Positions 40,558-48,794 of a DNA stretch of 64,000 nt are shown in pieces. Position numbers and translations under genes: made by a program. Every line of letters starts with the position of its first letter. Positions within the stretch are counted from its first letter, which is position 1. The stretch is from Vulcanimicrobiota bacterium (lineage in GTDB: Bacteria; Vulcanimicrobiota; Vulcanimicrobiia; Vulcanimicrobiales; Vulcanimicrobiaceae), in contig OY970223.1 in NCBI GenBank assembly GCA_963714015.1, forward strand, positions 1,856,001 through 1,920,000, written 5' to 3'. The notes below the pieces were generated by a model, which saw only the letters and a program-made list of their open reading frames with translations, was not told the origin of the DNA and did no database searches.

Positions 40558-41025
40558 ATGGACAACGCGCAGCAACTACAGCTCCGGCGTGCCGGCCCGA
40601 GCGATCTGGAAACGCTGCTCCCGCTGGTTGGGGCTTACCGGGCGTTTTACGGGCAAGAATGTGATACCGGCAAAGAGCGCGGGTTCGTGGAGTCGCATCT
40701 GCGCGCCGGAACGTCGATCATTTACTTGGCCTGCAGTACCGAAGCGCACGGAGATATAGCGGGTTTCATTCAGTTGTTTGCGGCCTATTCGACCGTGCAT
40801 CTCGCGCCGTCGTGGATACTGGAAGACCTCTTTGTTACGCCCGCAGCTCGGGGGCGCGGTGTCGCCACGGCGCTCTTGGAACGTGCGCTGATGCATGCGC
40901 GCAGTAGCGGAGCATGCGCGATGTTTTTGGAGACCGCAATCGAGAACGTCACGGCGCAGCGCGTATACGAGCGAGCCGGCTGGGCGCGGGAGGGGCGTTT
41001 TCTTAAATACAACGCCCCACTTTAG
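40558..41025 (+). CDS. GNAT N-acetyltransferase
   Basis: LEDLFVTPAARGRGVA, N..AQRVYERAG. Confidence 0.93.
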   Translation: MDNAQQLQLRRAGPSDLETLLPLVGAYRAFYGQECDTGKERGFVESHLRAGTSIIYLACSTEAHGDIAGFIQLFAAYSTVHLAPSWILEDLFVTPAARGRGVATALLERALMHARSSGACAMFLETAIENVTAQRVYERAGWAREGRFLKYNAPL

Positions 41026-41036
41026 AACCGCGAGGG

Positions 41037-41522
41037 TTAGGTCGAGCCGCTGAGGCGCTCCGCCATCTGCAGGTGCGAACGCAGTACCGGCAGGCTTTCG
41101 CGCGCGAACATACGCAAGCTGGGGTTTCGGCCATTGTTCGCTTCTTGCTCGAAGAGCGCGATCGTCTTTTTGTGATCGGCGACTTCCTTTGTTAAATAGG
41201 CCGGACCGGGTTGCTCCGAAGGTTGCGGAGCTTGCGCGATCCCTTGATTGACCTGCGCGGTCATTCCGAGCTTTTGGGCAAGAGCGGCAAGCTGGGTGTT
41301 GTTTTTGCTGTGGTCGCCGATCATGCGGACTGCAAACTGGCCCGCGTTCGCGTCGGAACTGTGCTGCTCGGCTTTGCCTTCACGAACTTCTTCGGTCCCC
41401 GACATGGCGGCCTTTGTGACAAATGCAGAGTCGCTCGCGGCCATCGCGCTTGCGGCCGGAGCGGCCGTGACGAACGATGCGGCGGCGCAGAGCGCCCCTG
41501 CTACTAATAAGTGCGATTTCAT
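41037..41522 (-). CDS. DUF4142 family secreted protein
   Basis: FVTKAA, MIGDH, LP.LRSHLQMA. Confidence 0.85.
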   Translation of the reverse strand: MKSHLLVAGALCAAASFVTAAPAASAMAASDSAFVTKAAMSGTEEVREGKAEQHSSDANAGQFAVRMIGDHSKNNTQLAALAQKLGMTAQVNQGIAQAPQPSEQPGPAYLTKEVADHKKTIALFEQEANNGRNPSLRMFARESLPVLRSHLQMAERLSGST

Positions 41523-41641
41523 GGGTCCATGTTTTCCAACGATCCTTGTTTTACACGGGGCGGGCGGTCACTGTGCGGCATCTGCTTTGAGCCGCCTGCT
41601 CGCTTGTGTTTGACCGGCCCTTGGCGCGGAAAGAGCAACGC

Positions 41642-42079
41642 ATGGACCTGACGACCGACTATCCGCGAAGTCCGCGCGACGAACTCGGCGGGATGATGAT
41701 TCTGCCCCGCGCAATCGACAAAGCTCGCGCGCAGTTGGAAGGCAAACTGGGAGAGTACGTTTATTACGGTTGCCGTTTCAATTTGAAGTTGTTCAACACG
41801 CTGGGCGTTACCGAAGACGAGTTCTTGGACGCGGTACGCGGCACGCAAAGCGACGAAGAAGTCTTGGAATGGATTTGCGATCTCGTTCGCCCGGAACCGG
41901 CAAAAGTCGAAGCAATGAATCAATGGATTCGCTCGAACGCGCCTTCGGAAGAAGAACGCGAACGTTTTTGTTCGGAGCTCGAATCCATCGATCCCGGCAA
42001 CGATCAGGTAAACACGTGGACCGAGCTTATCGACTTGGAAGAGGGACGGTTGGAAAAAGAGAGTTCGACTGCCACCTAA
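41642..42079 (+). CDS. DUF5069 family protein
   Basis: DLTTDYPRSP, LPRAIDKARA, IDLEEGR. Confidence 0.8.
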   Translation: MDLTTDYPRSPRDELGGMMILPRAIDKARAQLEGKLGEYVYYGCRFNLKLFNTLGVTEDEFLDAVRGTQSDEEVLEWICDLVRPEPAKVEAMNQWIRSNAPSEEERERFCSELESIDPGNDQVNTWTELIDLEEGRLEKESSTAT

Positions 42080-42083
42080 GGAA

Positions 42084-42110
42084 AGGGCTCGCGTGCGCGA
42101 GCCCTCTCTC
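42084..42110. terminator. Hairpin/terminator between convergent genes
   Basis: AGGGCTCGCG-TG-CGCGAGCCCT. Confidence 0.55.
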
Positions 42111-42129
42111 GTTGATTGAAATGCGTTTC

Positions 42130-43290
42130 TTATTTGACGACGTGCCAGTCGACGATGCTGTAGGTGGTTCCGCTTGCGACGACCTCGAGCGTGCCGTCGC
42201 CGAAAGCGTTGACGCTGATTGTTGCAATCTGCGTGTTACCCGCGGCGACCGTCCCGGTAATGAACGCCGGCGAGGTCGGCTGTTGGCCGGAGTTGGTTTG
42301 CACGTTGAGCGTGTCGCCGTTCGCGAGCGTTGCATCCGCGATCGTGAGGTTGGTCAGGATGCCGGAGGCGAACGTAGCGCTGACCGGAAGCGAATACGAT
42401 CCCTTCGTCGTGCCGCCGGTTAGCGAGAACATCGGCGCGCTAACCGGGCACGTCGTGTTTTGGGCGCCGGTCGCGATTGAAAGGCTGCCGATCGGACCGA
42501 CATACGAAGAACCGTTATGCGTGGCGCTCCATGTGACGCTTCCGTCGTCGTTGACGGTCCGCGTTCCGGTTGCGGCCGTACCGGCCCAGCCGAACGTCAC
42601 GCCCAGCTTTTGATTGCCCGTTGCATTGAATCCGGCCGAATCACCGCAAAAGGTTTGCGAATTTCCCGAAAGGGCGCCAAGGCTGAGTTCACTATCCGAA
42701 TCGATCGTGCGCACGCCGTTGAGTCCGAGGTTTCCGCTCGAGGTGCGATCGAAACCATTCGCAGCGGCCGGGTACCCATATTGATCGAAATCCGCATCGG
42801 TGATCGTGTTCGTTTCACTGCGCACCGCAAGCGGCGAGCTGCTTCCGGACGCGTACAGCGTTACCGTTCGATAAACGGTCTCAGAATTTGAGCCCGTCGA
42901 CGTGAACAGACGAACTGCGTCTTCGGCCGGCTGAGTGCAGGCCCTATCGTAGAAAACGATGCGCTCGGTGGAACTGGGGTCGCCTTTTTTGTCGGGTGAG
43001 AAGAACTCGATGCCGTTGCTGCACTGGCCGTTCGCGGAAAGGCGCTGCACCGATTGGCCTTGGCGTGCGTGTTGAGCCAGCGGCGAAGCGGCGGATTCAT
43101 TATAATCGCTGAAATCCTTGATCGGGCTGCCGAGACTGTTGGCCGCATCGATCGAGCGGACGTCGCTGCTTTGCGTACTCTGACCGCCGCCGGAGGGCGG
43201 AAGCGACCCGGCGCTGCCGCTTCCGCCGCCGCACGCAGTAAGCATTGCTGCGCTCATGAAAGTCGAGAGGAAAACCAGATTCCGGTTCAT
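42130..43290 (-). CDS. Ser/Thr/Gly-rich hypothetical lipoprotein
   Basis: LTAC lipobox. Confidence 0.8.
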   Translation of the reverse strand: MNRNLVFLSTFMSAAMLTACGGGSGSAGSLPPSGGGQSTQSSDVRSIDAANSLGSPIKDFSDYNESAASPLAQHARQGQSVQRLSANGQCSNGIEFFSPDKKGDPSSTERIVFYDRACTQPAEDAVRLFTSTGSNSETVYRTVTLYASGSSSPLAVRSETNTITDADFDQYGYPAAANGFDRTSSGNLGLNGVRTIDSDSELSLGALSGNSQTFCGDSAGFNATGNQKLGVTFGWAGTAATGTRTVNDDGSVTWSATHNGSSYVGPIGSLSIATGAQNTTCPVSAPMFSLTGGTTKGSYSLPVSATFASGILTNLTIADATLANGDTLNVQTNSGQQPTSPAFITGTVAAGNTQIATISVNAFGDGTLEVVASGTTYSIVDWHVVK

Positions 43291-43481
43291 TCAAAAAACT
43301 CCATTTGTGACGCGGGTGGGTCGCGTGAGGCTCTCGCTTGATTCTTTATAGCGCAGGGCGGGAGGCCGCTTCATGAGCCGGCTCTGAGAGAACGGTTAGG
43401 AACCGATGAGAACGGTTTACGCGGCGGCACAGGACTCGGGAGTGAGGGCGACGTACCCTGCTCCGGCCGACGGGGTACCTT

Positions 43482-43569
43482 GGGTAGGTGGCCGAGTGGT
43501 TAAAGGCAACAGACTGTAAATCTGTCCAGCTAACGCTGTACGCTGGTTCGAATCCAGCCCTGCCCACCA
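43482..43569 (+). tRNA. tRNA-Tyr(GUA)
   Basis: Class II cloverleaf, ACAGA-CTGTAAA-TCTGT, encoded CCA. Confidence 0.97.
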
Positions 43570-43608
43570 TGATTCGATCGCGACCATTGCGCGACGTTTT
43601 TCCGTAGT

Positions 43609-44262
43609 TCAGTCAAGAAGGGCAACCGCAGCGGACAGGCCCTCAAGCGACGGCAGATATGCGGTCGCGGCGTTCGGATCTTCTCCCGTATGGTCGCGGT
43701 CGATCCAGACACGCGGAATCCGAAGTTCGCGCGCGGGCGCGATGTCGTGATAAAAGCTGCAGGCGACGTGAATCCATCGCGATCGCCCTTTCGTCAAGTG
43801 GTCAAAGCGGCGAAAATGATCGAGCGAGGGTTTATAGGCGCGAACGTCCTGCGCCGTTACGACGAGATCGAACGAAACGGGCAGCGTCGCTCGCGTGCGT
43901 TCAAAGAGATCGTTATCGCAATTCGTCAGCGGCGCAAGTTTAAAACCGGAGCCGCGCAGCTTGCGCAACTCAGGGGCAACGTCTGCAAAAACGGGCTGTT
44001 CATCCCATCGATCGGCGAGGACGTCGCGGTCCCGCGCGCGCAAGGGAAAGTCGATAAATTCGGCAGCGCGCGTCAAGCCTTCATGCAGAATATTGCGATA
44101 AGAGCGATACGAAGCGCGTTCGAGTTGCGCTTCAAAACGGTGATACGCCGCCGCCAGTTCTTTTGCGCGATCGCCGGCGACTCGGTGAAGAATCAGAGGA
44201 AATCCCGCCTGCCAGCTCACCAGCGTCCCGTAACAATCGAACGTTATCCAAGAATCGCTCAC
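43609..44262 (-). CDS. HAD-family hydrolase (haloacid dehalogenase-like)
   Basis: FDCYGTL, TNCD, YKP, HDIAPA. Confidence 0.92.
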   Translation of the reverse strand: MSDSWITFDCYGTLVSWQAGFPLILHRVAGDRAKELAAAYHRFEAQLERASYRSYRNILHEGLTRAAEFIDFPLRARDRDVLADRWDEQPVFADVAPELRKLRGSGFKLAPLTNCDNDLFERTRATLPVSFDLVVTAQDVRAYKPSLDHFRRFDHLTKGRSRWIHVACSFYHDIAPARELRIPRVWIDRDHTGEDPNAATAYLPSLEGLSAAVALLD

Positions 44263-44386
44263 GCAAAAGTCTAGCGTGCGAACGGTTTGCGTACCTTCAA
44301 AACGGCACCGGCCGCCGCATGGAGGCGAAGACCCCGGCACTGTCCAAACTGACGCCCCGAGCCGAAGACATATGAGATAAGGATTT

Positions 44387-44460
44387 GCGGGCGTTGCATA
44401 GTGGTAGTGCTTCTGCCTTCCAAGCAGACAGCGCGGGTTCGATTCCCGCCGCCCGCTCCA
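44387..44460 (+). tRNA. tRNA-Gly(UCC)
   Basis: TCTGC-CTTCCAA-GCAGA, encoded CCA. Confidence 0.97.
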
Positions 44461-44512
44461 TCCGCTTCAAGTGCGTCGCGGCATCGGAGCGTCGAGCGGA
44501 GCGATTTTCGAC

Positions 44513-44587
44513 GCCGTTGTAGCTCAGTGGTAGAGCATCTCCTTGGTAAGGAGAAGGCCACGGGTTCAATCCCCGTCAACGGCTCCA
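44513..44587 (+). tRNA. tRNA-Thr(GGU)
   Basis: TCTCC-TTGGTAA-GGAGA, encoded CCA. Confidence 0.97.
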
Positions 44588-44597
44588 GAATAGTACG

Positions 44598-44627
44598 AGA
44601 GACCGGCCACCCGCCGGTCTCTTTTTT
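44598..44627 (+). terminator. Intrinsic terminator after the tRNAs
   Basis: AGAGACCGGC...GCCGGTCTCT followed by a T run. Confidence 0.85.
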
Positions 44628-45128
44628 CTAAAGGCGGTAATGCGAGGGAAGCGGTGTGAGCGCCGTAAAGGCGGCCACCAGACGCTCGATGCCCGCCCGA
44701 TCGTCATCGCCGAACCGCGCGAGCTGCGGACTGTCGATGTCGAATACGCCGTAAATCGCCCCTTCGCAAAGCAGCGGAACCACCAGTTCCGACCGCGAGG
44801 CGGTGTCGCAGACGATGTGATCGGCGAATGCGTGCACGTCGTCGACGATCAGCGACGCACGCGTGGAAAAACTGCGGCCGCAGACGCCCCGGCCTTGTGG
44901 CAGGCGCGTGCAAGCCGGCTTGCCTCCAAACGGTCCGAGCACCAGCCCGCCCTCGATAGGAAAATAAAAACCGGCCCAATTCACCCCCGGCAGTTCATTA
45001 AAAACAAATGCCGCAAAATTCGCGGCGTTCGCAATGAAGTCGCGCTCGCCGGATAGCAGCCCGCGCACCTGCTTCTCGAGCAAGTGGTAGTCTACGGGTG
45101 CGCGGGGCGGTGCACCGGTTGAAGTCAT
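44628..45128 (-). CDS. msrC: GAF-domain protein, free methionine-R-sulfoxide reductase-like
   Basis: NWAGFY, GPFGGKPAC, GRGVCG, HIVCD, DIDS. Confidence 0.88.
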   Translation of the reverse strand: MTSTGAPPRAPVDYHLLEKQVRGLLSGERDFIANAANFAAFVFNELPGVNWAGFYFPIEGGLVLGPFGGKPACTRLPQGRGVCGRSFSTRASLIVDDVHAFADHIVCDTASRSELVVPLLCEGAIYGVFDIDSPQLARFGDDDRAGIERLVAAFTALTPLPSHYRL

Positions 45129-45183
45129 TCGGCCGCCTTCGAATCCGCGGGGGAAGCGGCCTTCCGAAGGTGCCGGTCGAAAG

Positions 45184-45257
45184 CGCGCCCGGGCGGAATC
45201 GAACCGCCAACCTCGGCCTTAGGAGTGCCTTGCTCTATCCAATTGAGCTACGGGCGC
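45184..45257 (-). tRNA. tRNA-Arg(CCU)
   Basis: GCGCCCG acceptor, D arm GCTC-AATTGGATA-GAGC, loop CTCCTAA; weak anticodon stem. Confidence 0.85.
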
Positions 45258-45358
45258 ACGCCGGCCGGCTTAGCTTAGGCGGACAGGGCCGCCGCCCTTT
45301 CCGCAACAGCTAGCCCCGGCAGGCGTTCCCTAGCCTGCTTGCCGACCTCGAACTTTGG

Positions 45359-45388
45359 TTGCAACTCCGCCTGCGAGCGTGCTATACT
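45359..45388 (+). promoter_or_regulatory. Promoter of rpmG-trnW-secE-nusG
   Basis: TTGCAA-18 nt-TATACT with extended TG. Confidence 0.6.
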
Positions 45389-45444
45389 GGCATGTCGAAC
45401 GGACCGCTGGTCCGTTTTCTTTACGTTGTGTGGTATAGAGGATC

Positions 45445-45609
45445 GTGGCGAAGAAAGAGAATCGGGTGATGGTCGTGATGGCGTGCACTGAGTGCAAGCG
45501 CCGCAATTACAACACCCAGAAGAACAAGCAGAAAACCTCGCAGCGTCTCGAGCTGAGCAAGTACTGCCGCTTTTGCCGTTGCCATAAGCCGCACCGCGAG
45601 ACGAAGTAG
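45445..45609 (+). CDS. rpmG: 50S ribosomal protein L33, Zn-binding type (not in ORF track)
   Basis: [54 protein letters not shown]. Confidence 0.97.
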   Translation: MAKKENRVMVVMACTECKRRNYNTQKNKQKTSQRLELSKYCRFCRCHKPHRETK

Positions 45610-45638
45610 CCTGTTGCCCTGCCAATGGGCACGTATTT

Positions 45639-45715
45639 AGGGCGGTAGACTCAATTGGTAGAGTCCTCGTCTCCAAAACGAGTTGTTGCAGGTTCGAGTC
45701 CTGTCCGCCCTGCCA
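45639..45715 (+). tRNA. tRNA-Trp(CCA)
   Basis: CTCGT-CTCCAAA-ACGAG, encoded CCA, canonical position before secE. Confidence 0.95.
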
Positions 45716-45734
45716 ATTTCCCAGGAGAAGCGTC

Positions 45735-45983
45735 GTGATGAACAAGGCCACCGGCGGCACGCCGGATGCCAAAAAAAGAGCGTTAAGCCAAACAAACGCA
45801 CAAGAATTCGTGCGCGGCGTTTGGCTTGAATTGCGCCGCGTCACTTGGCCGACGCGCGAGGAGTGGATTTCCGCGACCGTTCTGACGATCACGCTCGTCG
45901 TAGCGATCGGGCTGTTCACGTTCGGCGCCGACCAATTCTTCGGCTGGATTTTCAGTCTCGTTCATCCGACAGTCGTGCAATGA
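45735..45983 (+). CDS. secE: Preprotein translocase SecE
   Basis: ELRRVTWPTREE plus one TM helix. Confidence 0.95.
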   Translation: MMNKATGGTPDAKKRALSQTNAQEFVRGVWLELRRVTWPTREEWISATVLTITLVVAIGLFTFGADQFFGWIFSLVHPTVVQ

Positions 45984-46699
45984 CCGATTATCCGCTGGAC
46001 CACGACCGGGAACACTTCACCCTCACGCACGAGCCGCACGAATCGGAAGCGGAAGCACTCGACGAGGCCGCCGGCACGGTCGACGCTGTGCCCGCAGATT
46101 CCGTAGCCGAGGAGATCGAGCCCGATCAGAGCCCGGATGAATCCCGGCCGCGCGGGGCCAAAGACGACCGCAAGCACTGGTACGTGATTCACACGTACTC
46201 CGGCTACGAAAACAAAGTCAAGGCCAATCTCGAGCGCCGCATCCATTCCATGAACATGCAGGACAAAATCTTCCGCGTGCTCGTGCCGATGGAGGACGAG
46301 GTCGAGTTCAAGGACGGCAAGCGCAAAATAACGCCCAAGAAGGTTTTCCCGGGCTACGTCCTGGTTGAAATGGACATGGACGACCAGTCGTGGTACGTCG
46401 TGCGAAACACGTCAGGCGTCACGGGTTTTGTCGGGAGTCCCGGTGCCGGTGAGAAACCGGTGCCGCTTCAAGACAAAGAAGTGAAGACGATTCTCAAGCA
46501 AATGGGAATCGAGACGCCCAAACTGAAGATCGATTTCAAGAAGGGCGATCGCGTCAAAGTGACGTCCGGACCGTTCTTCGATTTCACGGGAATCGTCGAC
46601 GAGATCGCTCCGGAAAAAGAAAAGGTACGGGCTCTCATCTCGATCTTCGGTCGCGAAACGCCGGTCGAACTCGAGTTCTATCAGATCGAAAAAGTGTAG
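45980..46699 (+). CDS. nusG: Transcription factor NusG with acidic N-terminal extension
   Basis: WYVIHTYSGYENKVK, FPGYVLV, IFGRETPVEL. Confidence 0.98.
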   Translation: MTDYPLDHDREHFTLTHEPHESEAEALDEAAGTVDAVPADSVAEEIEPDQSPDESRPRGAKDDRKHWYVIHTYSGYENKVKANLERRIHSMNMQDKIFRVLVPMEDEVEFKDGKRKITPKKVFPGYVLVEMDMDDQSWYVVRNTSGVTGFVGSPGAGEKPVPLQDKEVKTILKQMGIETPKLKIDFKKGDRVKVTSGPFFDFTGIVDEIAPEKEKVRALISIFGRETPVELEFYQIEKV

Positions 46700-46836
46700 A
46701 ACCGAAAAACTTTCTCGCATTCAGCGACCCCGAGTGTGCGAGATTTCAAGAGGGGCAGTTTGGCCCGCGCGCTTTGCGTGCGGGGGGCGTGAAGCGCGGA
46801 GCGCGCATACGCCTCTTAAAACGAAAAAGGTAGAAA

Positions 46837-47262
46837 ATGGCTAAAAAAATCGTAGGCAAGATCGGCCTGCAGATTCCGGCCGGGAAAGCAACGCCCGCGC
46901 CGCCGATCGGTCCCGCATTGGGCCCGTACAGCTTGAACATCATGGACTTCTGCAAGCAGTACAACGAACGTACTGCCTCGCAAGCCGGGATGATCATTCC
47001 GGTCGAGATCACGGTGTTCGAAGACCGCACCTTCACATTCATCACGAAGACGCCGCCGGCATCGTTTCTGATCAAACAAGCGCTCAAGATTGAGTCCGGA
47101 TCGAAAGAGCCGAACCGTAACAAAGTGGGCAAACTCACGCAAGCGCAAGTCGAAGAGATCGCCAAGGTGAAGATGCCCGACATCAACGCCAACGATATCG
47201 ACGCGGCCAAGAAGATCATCGCCGGAACTGCCCGCTCGATGGGCGTGGAGGTAGAAGCGTAA
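46837..47262 (+). CDS. rplK: 50S ribosomal protein L11
   Basis: [22 protein letters not shown]. Confidence 0.99.
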   Translation: MAKKIVGKIGLQIPAGKATPAPPIGPALGPYSLNIMDFCKQYNERTASQAGMIIPVEITVFEDRTFTFITKTPPASFLIKQALKIESGSKEPNRNKVGKLTQAQVEEIAKVKMPDINANDIDAAKKIIAGTARSMGVEVEA

Positions 47263-47962
47263 TGGCTCGTTTTCACGGCAAGCGGTTCCGCAATTTGACG
47301 GGTTCGTACGATCGCAAGCAGCTTTCGATGCAGCCGAAGCGGTCTCACTCGTGAAGAAAAATTCAAACGCCAAATTCGACGAGACGGTCGAAGCGCATAT
47401 CCGTCTGGGCGTCGATCCCAAAAAGAGCGATCAAAACGTGCGCGGCACGGTGCTGCTGCCGCACGGCACCGGACGCACTGTACGCGTCATCGCGTTCGCG
47501 AAAGGTGATGCCGCAAAGGCGGCCGAGGCCGCCGGTGCGGACGTAGTGGGCGAAACGGATCTCATCGAAAGAGTCAAGAGCGGATTCACCGACTTCGACG
47601 TCGCGGTTGCAACGCCCGATATGATGGCTGCCGTCGGTAAAGAACTGGGCCGCATCCTCGCGCAAAAGATGCCCAATCCCAAGGCCGGTACGGTTTCGCC
47701 CAACATCGCTGCAGCCATTCGCGACATCAAAGCGGGCAAGGTCGAATATCGCCTCGATAAAACCGGCATCATCCACACGATTGTCGGCAAGGCCAGCTTC
47801 GGCGACGATCAGCTGGCGGAGAACGTTGCGACTCTGCTCGATGCCATCGTCCGTGCCAAGCCGGCTGCCGCGAAGGGAACCTATCTGCGGAGCATCACGC
47901 TGACCAGCACGATGGGGCCAGGGGTCAAAGTCGATCCCAATCGCGTCAAAGCTCACGCGTAG
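47262..47962 (+). CDS. rplA: 50S ribosomal protein L1; frameshift near 47325
   Basis: [10 protein letters not shown]... joins [22 protein letters not shown] after adding one base in a T run. Confidence 0.97.
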
Positions 47963-47975
47963 CAGCTCAGCGCCC

Positions 47976-48794
47976 ATGCCGTTTGTCGACTTTCACACCC
48001 ACACGACGGTTTCGGACGGCGTGTGGCAGCCGCACGAACTCTTCGCGTACGTCCGCGAAAGCGGGATCGAAGCATTCTCGCTGACGGATCACGACACGAT
48101 GGACGGCTATCCGCTTCCGGCGGACATTGCGCCTCGTGCAGTGCCGGGAATGGAAGTCGACACCAAGTGCAACGGCGTCACCGCTCATCTGCTCGTTTAC
48201 GGAATCGATTCGCTGGAGGCGCCGCTGCTGCAGTTTCTGCGGCGGCAGCGCGCCGCGCGACGGGAACGAATGGCCGACATGCTCGAGAAGCTCGATGCTA
48301 AGGGCATTCATTTAGACATGTCGGACGTCGAGGCTCAGGCCGGTAAAGCGGTGAGCTGAGGCCGGCCCCATTTGGCGCGCGCTTTGGTCGCGCGAGGCGT
48401 CGTTAAGGATACGCAGGAGGCGTTCGACAAGTATCTCGCGGACGATCAAGAGGCGTACGTGTCGCTCGATCGGCTCGACTCTTGGCGCGCGATCGAACTG
48501 GCTCACGAGTCCCGGGCCGTCGTCAGCGTCGCCCACCCATGCCGGCTGCGGGAACCGGCGTCACTCGAAGTGTTGCGCTTGGCCGGCGTTGACGGAGTCG
48601 AAGTACTGCATCCCTCCGCAGATACCTCAGCGCAAGCGGAACTGCGCGAATACGCCGCGCGGCACGATCTGCTCGTAACGGGCGGCAGCGATTTCCATGC
48701 ACCGGACAAAGGCTACACGCCCGGCGTACAGCTCGAAGCAAACCATGTCGAGCGGCTATTCGCTGCTGTAGCAGCGGCAAGAATACCCGCTTAA
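47976..48794 (+). CDS. PHP-domain phosphoesterase with in-frame TGA at 48357-48359
   Basis: DFHTHTTVSDG, TDHD, GRPH, AHP, GGSDFH all in one frame. Confidence 0.85.

Noticed and set aside
46700..46836. L1-binding leader before rplK
   Set aside because: A GC hairpin exists, but I cannot match the conserved L1 site with confidence
47976..48794. Genome-wide TGA recoding
   Set aside because: TGA terminates rpe, plsX, ispD, ispF, cysS and others at their expected ends
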